A stretch of DNA of 64,000 bases, taken from Prasinococcaceae sp. CCMP 1430. Taxonomy: Eukaryota > Plantae > Prasinodermophyta. Where the stretch lies: positions 687,067 to 751,066 of the forward strand of contig RQSC01000029.1 of assembly GCA_013416795.1 (NCBI GenBank), read 5' to 3'. Made by a program: the position numbers and the translations under genes. Below are positions 29,650 through 40,942 of the stretch, in pieces (within the stretch, counting starts at the first letter, position 1; every line of letters starts with the position of its first letter). Below the pieces are notes generated by a model that was not told the DNA's origin, did no database searches, and saw nothing but the letters and a program-made list of their open reading frames with translations.

Positions 29650-32175
29650 CTACCCTGAGTTGGCTTCCAGTTTTGCCTGTATGAGCTTGAACATTTCCTC
29701 GCACTCGACTTGCCGAGCAAGGGGGGCCGAACGCGTTCGGTCGGGGTGCAGTCGCAACGCAGCACGGCGATACGCCGAGCGCACTTGCGCTGCCGAGTCG
29801 CCAGCGGGCGCAAAGCCGAAGGCAGAAAGCACGCCTGGGAGGTCCAGGTGCCCACCCTGCGCGTGCACGCACACAAATGCGCGGAAGTACGCGTATATTA
29901 GCACGTCAGGCATCGCACGAGAAGCGTCGAAGTCGACTTGACGCGCACGGATGCACGAGTGCCCATCGCAAAGTGCGTGGCGCAACGCACCTTCTCAGCC
30001 ACGCGAGCTGCCACATCCGCGCGCAGATTCTCGCGCTGTGCGGCCTCCGACGCGGCCGCCGATGCCACCGCCGCGGCCTCTTGCCGACGCCGCTCGAAAC
30101 GGTCAGGGGTACCGCGCTCGCCCTTGCCCTCGTCTCCACGCTCGCTCGCTCGCTCGCGAGCATTCGACTGCGCGCTCGACACTGCACTCGCAGAGGATGC
30201 AGGCCTGGCATTGCGCCGGGATTGGCAGTCAGGGCGGTCGTGGTCGTCCTGTGGTCCACGTGCGTTTGAGCCCGCTTGTGCGTCGTTTGCGTGCGCACGT
30301 GAGCCCTTGCCCGGGCTCTCGTAGCTTTCGTATCCACCCTCGTAGAGCTCCTCCTCCCAGCGGTACGGCTCCGGCGTCGGTGAGGAGCCACGCGCTCGCG
30401 CTCGAGCGTGCGCCGCCGCTGCGTCTGCCGGGGCCCGCCCACGCTGTTCCTCGGAAGCGTGGCGCGCAGTGGACTCGTTTGGAGCCCGCGATGCCAAGCT
30501 TTCCTCGTCATCCTCACCACGCGCGCCTGTAGGTGTGTCAGGCGCGTCTCCGCCCTTCGAGACGCCCGGCTCCAACACCGTCTGACGTCCACCGATGAAG
30601 GCCTCGATGGTGACGTCAACGTCCCATCTGCACGCTTCGAGCCATGATGCGGCATCGAGCGCACCCACGCCAGTGACGTCCATCACCTGGCATGCCGCCA
30701 GCGCGCGCGATGCGTTGCCGTCGCACATGCGGAGCGCGCGCAGCGCCTGCTCGGCGCTTAGTCCCTGCGCAAGACAGCCCAGAGCGTCGAGCTGGCGTAG
30801 CAGGCGTTGCTCCGCCAGGCCGTCCTCCTTGGCCTCCGCGGCACTCCCAACGCGGGCATCGTCGTCCATACTGCCCTCCCGTGTGTGTGGCGACGCATGT
30901 GCGTCGTCACTGCGCAGCGCCCCGACTTCGCGCGCAAGATCCACCTCGAGCGGTTCCTCGCCAAGCATCACCAGAGCGCGCGCGGACAGTTCGTCGCCGC
31001 AATAGAATGCGCCTCGCACCAGCCGCACGTGCAGGCCGGCCAATGGGGCCAGAACTTTGAAGAGGAGCGCTCGGTAGCGCGGCAAGCCGGCCTCGGTGAT
31101 GTCTGCGGGCGCTCGAGCAGCGCGACGGCACGGCAGGGCGGAGTCAGAACAGCGCTCGCCTGCTCGCCTACCCCCCCCCCCTTCCCCCACCCCCCCCCCC
31201 CCCCCCCCCCCCCCCCGCTTCCCCCGCTCTCGCGCCTCAATCTACGCGCGTCGCACCTCCAAGTGGCAACGCGAGTGACCCCCTCTCGCAACGGAGGCGC
31301 GCCGACACCTCACGCCAGCGCTCATCGGCTGCGTTCGCCTCGAACGCGGCAGCTGACTTGCTATTCGGCTGTCGTCGCTTTTTGGGAGAGACCCCGTCCA
31401 TCTGGTTGGCCACGATCACAGCCAGCGCGGCTGCCCGGCCCCGTTCATCCACGCCTGCATACGGCGCCATTTCCTCGGCCACATACTCGCACAGGGCCGC
31501 CAGGGCGGCGTCCCTGCCACGGTCCACGTAGACAACCTCGCGCGTGTCGGCGTAGAACGCTTCGAAGGAGCTTGGCGCATGCGGGGGGGCATCCGCCCGC
31601 ATCGCCTCCAGCGCCTGCAGCGACGGTAGCCGGCTCGTGCCTATTGCGTCTTCGTCGAACCCCCAAAGCTCGTAGTACCCATCGCACAGCTCCTCGTTCT
31701 CACGCACGCAGCATGTCACGAAGGCCACCGCCGCTTGCGCCTGACCCTCGGCGGAGGGGGGCGGCGCGGGCGGCGGTGAGGGGGAGCGCGAGCGCGCGTG
31801 CGCGTATGCGTGCTCCGACGGCTCGTACACAGAAGTTGCGTGTGCCCGCTCGTCCGCGGCTTGGAAGCGCTGCTGCTGCGCGCGCTGCTCCTCGAAGAAT
31901 GCGTACTGCGCGCGCTGTTCAGCCTCAAATTCCTCGTACGCCGTCTGCTCGGCGCGCCGCCGCCGAGCCTCCTCCTCCTCCTGCCACCGCTGGCCTCCCC
32001 CTCGCTCCCACCAGTCCTCTCCATGCGCGCGCTGCAGCGCTGGCGCGGTTGGCGACGCGCCGGCTCGCGCGCCGGCGTTGGCGCGGCGCGCGCGCTCCGC
32101 CGCAGCGGCGGCCTCGGCCTCGGAGGCGCTCAGTGCCATCGCCAGCAGCAGCTCCTCGTCGTCCTCGCCGTCCAT
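29650..32175 (-). CDS. UIM - EDR1/CTR1-type N-terminal domain - UBA-like x2 - C-terminal J domain protein, ~745 aa; exons 32175-31257, 31102-29991, 29856-29650
   Basis: EELLLAMALSASE (UIM); LCDGYYELWG...LPSLQAL...EVVYVDRGRDAAL...ALAVIVANQMDG...LPLG|DITEAGLPRYRALLFKVLA...RLVRG...VDL (EDR1 domain); two UBA-like repeats; AYRRAALRLHPD...EEMFKLI (J domain). Intron phases 1 and 0 fit. Confidence 0.75.
31171..31216. repeat. Interrupted poly-C tract (poly-G on the transcribed strand) in intron 1 of the EDR1-J gene
   Basis: Read directly from the sequence. Confidence 0.9.
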
Positions 32176-32388
32176 CGTCCGCCCGGGGCACGCACGCCCC
32201 CGCGCGCGCTCTGGAGCGGCCGGGACCGGCACGGATGCGGCGCACAGCTGGCGCTGCCGCCCCCACCAAAAAGCAACGATACCAAGATTATCCGTTTCTT
32301 ACAAAATGCGTCGTCCGGATAGAGGAGTGGCGCACAGTTGAGTGAGAGCCTGGCGGCGCGCGTCAGCAGGCTCCTGCGAGCTCCCGCG

Positions 32389-33246
32389 CTACTCGCCCGC
32401 CGGCGGCCTGCGCGCGACGAGGACCTCCGAGCACAAGAGCCCAAGGAAGTCCTCGCCTTCGCCGCACACGACGGCGCGCTCGAGCACCTCGAATCCGGCG
32501 CCCTCCGCGTATGGCGCCAGCGCCTGGGCTCGGCAGCCGCCGACGACGTGCGGCGTTAGGCTGTGAATGAGAGCCCAGACCGCCGCCGCAATGCGGCGAG
32601 CCACACCCGCTTCCTCCGGCGGTGGCGAGAGGCCCGCGAGGGCGAGCACGCCGCCAGGCCGCAGTGAGGTGCGCGCCTCGGCGAAGAACGCGCGCACGTC
32701 ACTGTCGCTCAGGAGGTCCAGCATGTACGTCGACACGACCAGGTCCAGAGGGCCACCCTCCTGTGCCGCCGCAAAGGCGGCCGCCTGCGATCCGTCTGTC
32801 TCCACGACGACGGCGCGCGTATCACCTCGCAGCCGCGTCCTGGCGTTCGATGCCTGGACGCTCGAGAGATCAACGCAGGTGTAGCGCTGGCACGCAGGCG
32901 CGAGCTCGTCGCCGAGCAGCTGCGCCGCCAGCTTCCCCGAACCACTCCCCACCTCGAGCACGTGTCGCACTCGCTCATCGGCCACGGCATGCGCGAGTGC
33001 CGCGCGCAGCGCCGCGACCGCGTTGCGCCCATACGAAGACCCTGAGTCGTCAACTGTCTGCCCGGCGCGGTCGTACACGCGCTGTGCTGCGCTGCGGCTC
33101 AGCGTGCGGCGCGTATCAAGCGGCGCCGCGCCACGCGGCGCCGAGCGGCGGCACCGTGACTGAAGAAGGGCTCGCGCCCGTGCTCGCGCCAGCGCCTGCG
33201 GCTGCGGCTGCTGCTGCGCCGCGGGGCGTGAGGCCATCGCCCGCAT
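32389..33246 (-). CDS. Class I SAM-dependent methyltransferase, intronless
   Basis: Motif I VLEVGSGSGKLA, YTCVDLS, DLVVSTYMLDLL, SLRPGGVL. Start uncertain. Confidence 0.8.
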   Translation of the reverse strand: MRAMASRPAAQQQPQPQALARARARALLQSRCRRSAPRGAAPLDTRRTLSRSAAQRVYDRAGQTVDDSGSSYGRNAVAALRAALAHAVADERVRHVLEVGSGSGKLAAQLLGDELAPACQRYTCVDLSSVQASNARTRLRGDTRAVVVETDGSQAAAFAAAQEGGPLDLVVSTYMLDLLSDSDVRAFFAEARTSLRPGGVLALAGLSPPPEEAGVARRIAAAVWALIHSLTPHVVGGCRAQALAPYAEGAGFEVLERAVVCGEGEDFLGLLCSEVLVARRPPAGE

Positions 33247-33502
33247 GGCTCCGCGCGTCACCTCAGGAGGGGCCGAGGCTGCGCCCGCGTGCCCGGCGTG
33301 TCGCGGCTTGGAGTGCGGTGACCAGCACCACGGCCGCGCCGCTGCGACGCGCAGCACCCCCGCGGTGCGCTGCGTCACAGCGTGCAGGGCGATGTGGCAG
33401 CGCAGTCTCCCACCACAAACCACTCACCGCCCACCTGCCCACACCAGCGCACTCGGCGCTGCTTCGACGACACGCCACGCCCACGAAACCATAATTCAGG
33501 TT

Positions 33503-33577
33503 AAACCCTAACATCTTCTTCGCTTGAAGGGTTTGTACGTTACATCAAAATGAGTGGTGTTTCACCGTCGAGGGTTT
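33503..33577. promoter_or_regulatory. Telo-box cluster: AAACCCTAA 33503-33511 plus AGGGTTT at 33528 and 33571
   Basis: Three AAACCCT cores within 75 nt of an AT-rich island between divergent genes. Confidence 0.65.
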
Positions 33578-33834
33578 TTGGCCTTGGCGTGCAAGCTGTG
33601 TGTGTGTGTGTCTCCATCGTGCGCCGTCGGGGGTCTCGCTGGGCGGCCACCACGCAGCACGCCCGTGCGTGGGGGGGCGTGTGCGTGCACGTGCATGCGA
33701 GCGTAGGCGCGTTCGGGCGCTCGCCACAGCGCGGTCGGTCTGCGCGGCCGCGGGCGAGGGATGGCCTGCGTGGCGGCCCGCGCGCGCGCGGCGGCGCACG
33801 CGGCACGCGGCATGCGGCGCGCGGCGGCGGTCGC

Positions 33835-34575
33835 ATGGCGGGCCTCGGCGAGACGGCCGCCGGGGCCGAGGGCGAGGCGGCGCACCTTGCGGGCGACGAT
33901 GCGGAGTTTGTGGTCATCGACAGCGAGGACGAGGCGTTCGGGCCGCCAGCCCTCGTGCTGGCCTCGTTCCTTCCTGAGGAGGTCGCGATAGTGCGCGAGG
34001 CGGTACGTCTTCGCGTGTGTGTGCACAGGTGGCGCCGTGCGCAGCCGCGCGCGGTAGAAAGAGGACGTCGCAGGGAGCAATTCCTCACCCTCGTACTTGC
34101 TTGCACGCTCGCGCTTGCGCTGGCCCTCGCGCCCGCGCTGACATCCCGCCTGCCACGCGGCGCGGTCCAGCTCGACGCCATGGGCGCGGGCTTCGTGCGC
34201 GTGTCGCGGCTGCCCACGTCGGCGCTCTCACAGCCGCTCGGGAAGGCCTTCGAGGCTGCCGACGAGACTGTGTCCTCGGTCAGCGAGCCCGCACTGGGCG
34301 TCATCCGCTGCACACTGTTCAGCGGGCTGAGCGGCGCCGAGGTCATCGCGTGCATGGACACGCTGGACGAATTGGAGCTGCCCGGTGGACCATGCGCGTT
34401 TGCGGCACTGGTGCCGCGCAACGCCAACAAGGTCTGCAAGGACGTGCTCGACGAGATACAGAAGGACCACGAGGCGACTGCCGCGGCCGTCGAGGCGGGC
34501 GAGTTCGCCGAGCTGGCGGCCCAGGACGGCGCCGACACCCTCGTCGGCCAGCAGTACGAGGACCAGCGGCAGTGA
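33835..34575 (+). CDS. DUF3783-like protein (green-lineage type); exons 33835-34002, 34171-34575
   Basis: FGPPALVLASFLPEE...LFSGLSGAEVIACMD...FAALVPRNANKVCKDVLDEIQKDHE; intron GTACGT...GCTGAC...CCAG. Start may be upstream. Confidence 0.7.
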   Translation: MAGLGETAAGAEGEAAHLAGDDAEFVVIDSEDEAFGPPALVLASFLPEEVAIVREAVRLRVCVHRWRRAQPRAVERGRRREQFLTLVLACTLALALALAPALTSRLPRGAVQLDAMGAGFVRVSRLPTSALSQPLGKAFEAADETVSSVSEPALGVIRCTLFSGLSGAEVIACMDTLDELELPGGPCAFAALVPRNANKVCKDVLDEIQKDHEATAAAVEAGEFAELAAQDGADTLVGQQYEDQRQ

Positions 34576-35081
34576 GCTCGCGACACCTGTACCATACATA
34601 CACAGGACGTCGCGCCGCCCGCGCACCGTGTAAGACAGCTCGGGTTTTTCTTTTTTTTTTTCTTTTTTTTCTTTTTTTTCGTCGCGCGCGCCTCATCACC
34701 TCGTGAGCCCACAGCGCCATGCAAAATACGGATTCGAAATGTGAGCACCCATTTGGTTTTTCATCTATATTAACCGGCCGCGACGCGCGAGCTGCCGCGG
34801 GGAGCCCGAGCCAGCCAGCCGCCGCCGCAGCCGGCGGCCGGCGAGATGAGCGCGCCGACCTCGACGGGAGCGCAGACGAGGATGCCTCCGAGGGGGGCGA
34901 GCGAGCGAGGACGCCACATCCCGCGCGGCGCGCGCGCCGGACGCGGGAGTGGGAGTGGGGGCGCAGAGGGGGAGGGGGCGCGCGCGCATCAGCCCAGGCC
35001 GCAGAGCGCGCTTGCGCGGCCTCGGTGGGGGCGCGAGCGGGAAAGGCAGGGGGCGGCGAGCGGCGGTGGCGGTAAGCAGCC

Positions 35082-36815
35082 ATGGGCAAGAAGCAGGCGC
35101 GCGGCAAGACGGGCACGGCGGCGGTGTACACCACGCGTAACCGCGCGCTCACCAAGCTGCAGCTGAAGCTGCCCGAGTTCCGGCGGCTTTGCATCCTCAA
35201 GGGCGTCTTCCCGCGCGAGCCGAAGAAGAAGGTCCATGGCCAGCGCAAGACGTACTATCACGCCAAGGACATCGCGTGGCTCGCGCACGAGCCGCTGCTC
35301 GACCGCTTTCGCGAGCAGCGCGCGTATGAGAAGCGCATCTCCAAGGCGCACGCGCGCCAGAACCTCAAGCTCGCGCAGCAGCTCAAGGAGCGGCGCCCGG
35401 GGTACACGCTGGACCACTTGGTGCGCCAGCGCTACCCGTCGTTCGTGGACGCGCTGCGCGACCTGGATGATCCGCTGTCGCTGCTCACGCTTTTCGGCAC
35501 GCTGCCCGCCGAGCGCGAGCACAAGATTCCGACCGAAATGGTGCACGCTTCGCGCCGGCTCGCCCTCGAGTTCCAGGCGCACGTGGTGCGCTCGCGCGCG
35601 CTTCGAAAGGTGTTCGTGTCCGTCAAGGGCATCTACTACCAGGCCGAGGTGCAAGGCCAGACGGTCACGTGGCTCGCGCCGCACGCGCTCGCGCAGGTGC
35701 TGCCCGCGGACGTCGACTACCGCGTGATGCTCACCTTCCTCGAGTTCTACCACACGCTGCTGTCCTTCGTCAACTTTAAGCTGTACCACGACAACAAGGT
35801 GGCCTATCCGCCCCTGCCGACTGATTGGGTGGACCCGTCCGCGGTTGGCCTCGGCGCCATGCTGCCCTCCGATGAGGAGGAGGAGGAGGCCGCGCGGGCG
35901 CGCACCGCGCGCGCGGCGACGCCCGCTGCTGCCGATGGCGCCAACGCCGACGACGCCGACGCTGAGGAGTCGGGTGTCTTTGAGGGGCTGGTGTTCTACC
36001 TCGGGCGCGAGACGCCCAAGGAGTCGCTGATGTTCGTCATCCGCGCCAAGGGCGGGCGCGTGGCGTGGGACGGCGAGGGTTCGCCCATGGCAGAGTCAGA
36101 TGCGCGCATTACCCATTCTGTGTGCGACCGGCCGAAGCTCAGCGGCGACGCGCGCGGCGACCGCGACTACGTGCAGCCGCAGTGGGTGTTTGACTGCGCC
36201 AACCAGGACTTTCTCATCCCTACGGAGGCGTATGGGCCGGGGAAGACGCTGCCCCCGCACCTCTCGCCATTCGTGGACGACGAAGCGGAGGGTTACGTGC
36301 CGGACTACGCCGAGCAGCTGAAGTCGATGAAGGAGGCTGCCGAGGGCGCGGCAGTGGGCGGCGGTGACGCGGCGGCCGCGATCGCGGCGGCAGCCAACGT
36401 GGAGGGTGGGGCGGTGGAGACCGCGCGGGAGCTCGCGCTCGAGGCCGAGGAGATCGAGGCGCGCCGCGCTGCGGAGGTGGAGGGCAGGTTCGCCGCCGAG
36501 CTTGCCGCCGAGCGTGAGGGCGTGCCCTACTCGGAGGCGCAGCGCCGCAAAGAGGAGGGCGAGGACGACGCGAGCGAGGCTGCCGAAGAGGAGGCCGCCG
36601 CCGCGGGCGTCGACGAGGAGGACGCGCGCCTCAAGGCGCAGGAGGAAGAGGAGCACATGGCCAAGGCACTGCTTCCGCGCAAGAAGCAGAAGCTCTACGA
36701 TGCCATGCAAATGTCCCTTTCGCGCAAGCGCGAGCGCGTGAACGACCTCATGACGCGCCGCAAGTCAGCGCGCACTGCCGAGGCGCAGAAGAAGACGCCT
36801 GCCAAGAAGAAGTGA
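35082..36815 (+). CDS. PES1: Pescadillo / Nop7 ribosome biogenesis factor
   Basis: YTTRNRALTKLQLKLPEFRRLCILKGVFPREPKK; BRCT with YVQPQWVFDCAN and LPPHLSPFV. Confidence 0.97.
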   Translation: MGKKQARGKTGTAAVYTTRNRALTKLQLKLPEFRRLCILKGVFPREPKKKVHGQRKTYYHAKDIAWLAHEPLLDRFREQRAYEKRISKAHARQNLKLAQQLKERRPGYTLDHLVRQRYPSFVDALRDLDDPLSLLTLFGTLPAEREHKIPTEMVHASRRLALEFQAHVVRSRALRKVFVSVKGIYYQAEVQGQTVTWLAPHALAQVLPADVDYRVMLTFLEFYHTLLSFVNFKLYHDNKVAYPPLPTDWVDPSAVGLGAMLPSDEEEEEAARARTARAATPAAADGANADDADAEESGVFEGLVFYLGRETPKESLMFVIRAKGGRVAWDGEGSPMAESDARITHSVCDRPKLSGDARGDRDYVQPQWVFDCANQDFLIPTEAYGPGKTLPPHLSPFVDDEAEGYVPDYAEQLKSMKEAAEGAAVGGGDAAAAIAAAANVEGGAVETARELALEAEEIEARRAAEVEGRFAAELAAEREGVPYSEAQRRKEEGEDDASEAAEEEAAAAGVDEEDARLKAQEEEEHMAKALLPRKKQKLYDAMQMSLSRKRERVNDLMTRRKSARTAEAQKKTPAKKK

Positions 36816-37030
36816 GCGAGCGGGCTCGCCGGCGGTCCGTCTTCTGTTTCACAACCAATTGTACATATGATGTCAGTATCCCTCAGCCTGTCGCACCCGT
36901 AGCGTGCTTGCGTGCTTGCGCGCGCACGCGCTGACGCGCGCGGGAAAGGGATTGTCAAAATTGCTATTAGTACACGGCCGGCTGCGCCCCATTGTCTTGT
37001 CCGGCACGGCGCGTGGTGACACACCGGCTC

Positions 37031-38079
37031 TCAGCTGGTCTCGGCCCGGCCCTCACCATCTCTTGCATCTTGGTCTAGCCCGAGCTCGCGCACGAGCGTG
37101 CTCGCGATGGCAAAGTATGCCTCGCCCGCCGCGCTGTCGGGCGCTCCGATGGCCACTGGCACGCCCGCATCGGAGGACTCACAAACGGCCGGCTCGAGCG
37201 GCACCTCGCCAAGCACGGGCACACTGAGTTCGTCTGCGACGGCGCGCGCGCCGCCGCGGCCGAAGATGTACTCGTGCTTGCCGCACCCGCCACACTGATA
37301 GTATGCCATATTCTCAACCACACCTAAGACTGGTACTTTGACCGCCTCGAACATTGCGATGCCCCGTCGCACGTCGTCGAGCGCAACCTGCTGCGGCGTA
37401 CTCACGATGACGGCTCCCGCGAGCGGCAGGCGCTGCGCGACGCTCAGCTGCGCATCGCCCGTGCCAGGTGGCATGTCAATAAGCATGACGTCAAGCTCAC
37501 CCCACGCGACGCCGCGGCTCAGGCGCTCGAGCGCAGATGACACCATCGGCCCGCGCCACACCGCCGCGGCGCCCTGCTTGAGCAGGAAACCCATCGACAT
37601 ACACCGCACGTTGTAGTTTTCCAGCGGCAGCATGCGCTCGCGCGAGTCGACCGCAGGCTCGCCCGACTGCGCGGTCCGCCGGACCCGAGTGCGAAAACGG
37701 GTGCGCACGACGACGGCGGATGACATTGGGCGGCGGGGGGGATGAAGGGGCAAGAATGCGCGCGCGGAGGGCAGGTTTCAGCGCGATTGACCGGGAGGCG
37801 GAGCGTGCGTGTCAGCTCGAGACTGGTGCGATGCTGCATCGCGGTCGCCAGCCGCGCTGCGCAAAGGCACCGCGCCGCGGGCGCCCGCACCAGGTTGAAC
37901 ATAGTGGGCACTGACGGCCCGTATACATCAGCGTCCATCAGACCCACGCGCAGCGGCCGCGCCGCACCGACCCTGCTCGCCTCGCCTGCGAGCGCCGCGG
38001 CGAGGTTTGCGGCGACGGTCGACTTGCCCACGCCGCCCTTGCCACTGGCGACGGCCACGATGGCGCGCACGCCGGCCAT
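37031..38079 (-). CDS. IND1: Mrp/NBP35-family Fe-S ATPase, IND1/NUBPL (complex I assembly) type; exons 38079-37891, 37666-37031; true start uncertain
   Basis: [51 protein letters not shown]. Confidence 0.85.
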
Positions 38080-38275
38080 AGGCTCCGTGCCGCGCGGCAG
38101 CGGCGGCGGCCGCGCGAAGCCAACCTTCTCGAAGCGACGGCCGCAGCCGCGGCCGCAGACGCGAGCGGCCGCATGGCTCCCAGGCGCGCGCGCGCACCGC
38201 AGGCTGAGCGAAAGATCGACGGCGGGCGGCTTCGACGGGGGTGCCGCCCCTGCGCGCGTGCTGTGGCGCGAGTGG

Positions 38276-38352
38276 CAGCAGCAGCGGCAGCGGCAGCGGC
38301 ACCAGCGGGGGCGGCAGCAGCAGCAGCAGCAGCAGCGGCAGCGGCAGCAGCT
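38276..38352. repeat. (CAG/CGG)n trinucleotide tract; second (CTG)(CGG) tract at 38722-38762
   Basis: Read directly from the sequence. Confidence 0.85.
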
Positions 38353-38780
38353 CCGGCTCATCGTACGGGTTTGCACACACGCATATTAAGGTTAGGGTCT
38401 ATGTCACTGCAGTCTTCGATCTTCACTGTTTCGCATTGCTTCGCATAAATTGCGAAAATTGCATTCGAACGGAACACATATTAAGGTAGGATGCATATTT
38501 GGCGTTTTCACAGATACGCATATTTTCGAAACCGTCGTTCGGAGGGTTGTTAGTCAGCGGCCGCGGCCACACCGCCACACCGCGCAGCAGGGGCGGCGCG
38601 GTGCCGACCGAGGTGTGGAGGGGGGGGTGTCTCGGCGGTGGCGAGGGCTGGCGGCGCGTGAGGTCCGAAGAGACGCGCGCGAGCGAAAGGGAGAGAGAGG
38701 GGCGGGACCGTCGTCGTCGTCAGCTGCTGCTGCTGCTGCGGCGGCGGCGGCGGCGGCGGCGCTGCGCGGCACCCCCCTCC

Positions 38781-40733
38781 ATGGCCACCGCTGCGGGCGG
38801 CTGGGAGATTGAGCCATGGCTTGACGTGGGCCGCGACCAAACGTACGCGGCCTGGGCTGTGCTCTCGCAGTGGCGCTGGCTGGCGTGCGGGCCTCGATCA
38901 CCCCAGGCCGCGCTGCCGCCCGTGAGCGACTCGCAGCGCAGGAAGGCTTACTTGTACGCGCACAGCCGGCGCGTCGCCGACCGAGACGCGCCGCCGTCAC
39001 CGCCGCGCGCATGGTACTCGCCACGGTACCCGCCCCTCCCGGAGCGAGCAGGCGATACGCCGAGGGGCGAGCCAGTGGACGTGTCTTTTGCGCTGCGCCG
39101 AGCGCTGCGCGTGCGCGGTCCTGCAGCTGTGGCACGGCTGCAAGACACGCTCTGGCAATGGTCAGCATACGCTCGCGAGAGCGCCGCGGAGCGCGCGGGC
39201 ATACAGGGCGTCGCCACGATGGTGCAAGCTGCCGTGCGAGGCTTTCTGGAGCGCCGCCGCCACCGTCAGCGCATGCGCACCGCGCGCGAGCAGCGTGTCA
39301 GCGCGTACGTCGTCGCGCACTGGCGCGCGTTCGCTGCACGCAAGATCGAGTGGAGGAGACGAGTGGCTGACTTCGCCAGGGGCGAGCAGCAGGCGCGCGA
39401 GCAGGAGCGAGCGGCTTCACTAATCGGCGCGCGCTACCGGGGGCACAGGCAGCGCCAGGAGATGCAGCGCGCGGGCGGCAGGCGCGAGTGGGCGCGGGCG
39501 CGTCGCGAACGAAGCGAGCGCAGGGAGCGCGAGCTTGCCAGCGCGGCTCGCGTCGAGAAAAGTCGGGTGGAGGGTCAGGATGAAGCTGACGTGCGCGCCA
39601 ATGAAAGTGCGCATGCGCCAGCGTCCACGAGGTACGCCCGTGCTGCGCGGACGCTAGACCTGTCGTGCACGTCAGCTTCCATGCGGCTGACGACCCACGC
39701 TCGCGCCGCGCGCGCTCGCGAACACTCAGCCCCGTGCCCCACTTCACCGCGTCCGAGCGGCGTGCGGCGCTCTTTGTGCAACGAATATGGCGTGGGAAGC
39801 TGGCGCGCAACGCCGCGAAGATGCGCGCAAAAGACCCGTGGTTCAGAGTGGGCCGCTGCGACACGCAGCTGGGCAAGGCCAGCAACCTCTTGGCCGCCAT
39901 CGCAAAAACGACGGTCGCTGTCATAAAAGAGGGCAAGCAAGGCGAGGACACGATCAAGCGAATGCGACTGAGCAATGAGGCCGCGCTTCACCAGCTACGC
40001 AATGCACGGTACGCGTGCATCAGCGCGAGCGAACGTCACAGGGCGGCTGAGGCCCATTTCTACATCCGCCGCAACGAGATGGACTACCGAATACACACCT
40101 TCGACCCAAAGCAGTGAGTGCGACCGCCCCGCGACGACGTGTGCTTTCGTGCCCCTCCACAAGTGTGCACGAGTGCGGGCGGCGCGCGGGCGCCTTTTTC
40201 AGCGTATGCGACTGCATCTGCGCGCCTACTCGCCTCGCCTGGACACCCATATCTGACGACCTGCCATTTGGCGCCTGGCGCTCGTGCGTAGCAAGCTGGA
40301 GCAGTCCAATGCGCGCGCAGGCAAGGCGCCTCCCCCCGGCGTGAGGCGCACAGAGCTTCCGTGGACGCTGCAGGACGAGGTGCGCGCGGGCGTGGATCGA
40401 CGCGGCGTGCTGGAGACCACCGAGCCATTCGCCCCACCGCTTGAAAGTCTTAGCGCGCCGGCCAAGGTGATGACGGCCTGGGAGAGAGATCAGGTCAACG
40501 CCCCGGGTGCCTTCATGGCGACTGGCCTCGTGGCGCGGCGCGAGCAGCGCCGCGCGCAGCTGCGGCGACGCGACGTGCGCCAGGCCGGAGCTGTAGCAAG
40601 CGCGGCCGAGGACATACGCGACCCGCGGCGAGCTGTCGCGCGCGGCGCGCAGAGCAATGACGCGCGGCGCGCTGGGCGGCGTGGGAGCGCGGGTGAAGCC
40701 AGGGCGAAGGCGAGGCGAAGCTGGCAGTTGTAA
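38781..40733 (+). CDS. IQ-motif (calmodulin-binding) protein; exons 38781-39631, 39730-40113, 40292-40733
   Basis: IQ-like motifs VQAAVRGFLERRR, IGARYRGHRQRQ and VQRIWRGKLARN; two phase-2 introns with CTGAC branch points. Confidence 0.7.
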
Positions 40734-40942
40734 CATGTGTTAACCTACCTTGCAAACGAGCACTCGCGCAAGCGCTTGCCGCATGGAATGGAATGAAGTT
40801 TGTTCATTTGTTCATTTCTACATGCCGTCTTGCGGCTCAGTGCCGCGGCGCGCAAGCTTCCTCTTGGCTCACGTGGGTGGAGGAAGCGGTTCTCTCGAAG
40901 GTACCGCCCGGTGTGCGTTGTGTACAGTGGTCACTTGCGTGA

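Noticed and set aside
4805-32175. Clathrin plus J-domain protein as an auxilin uncoating gene cluster
   Set aside because: They are 20 kb apart with unrelated genes between, and no clathrin-binding motifs were identified in the J protein.
38280-38361. Poly-Cys N-terminal extension of IND1 (metallothionein-like)
   Set aside because: It is just the translation of a CTG/CCG triplet tract in a probable 5' UTR.
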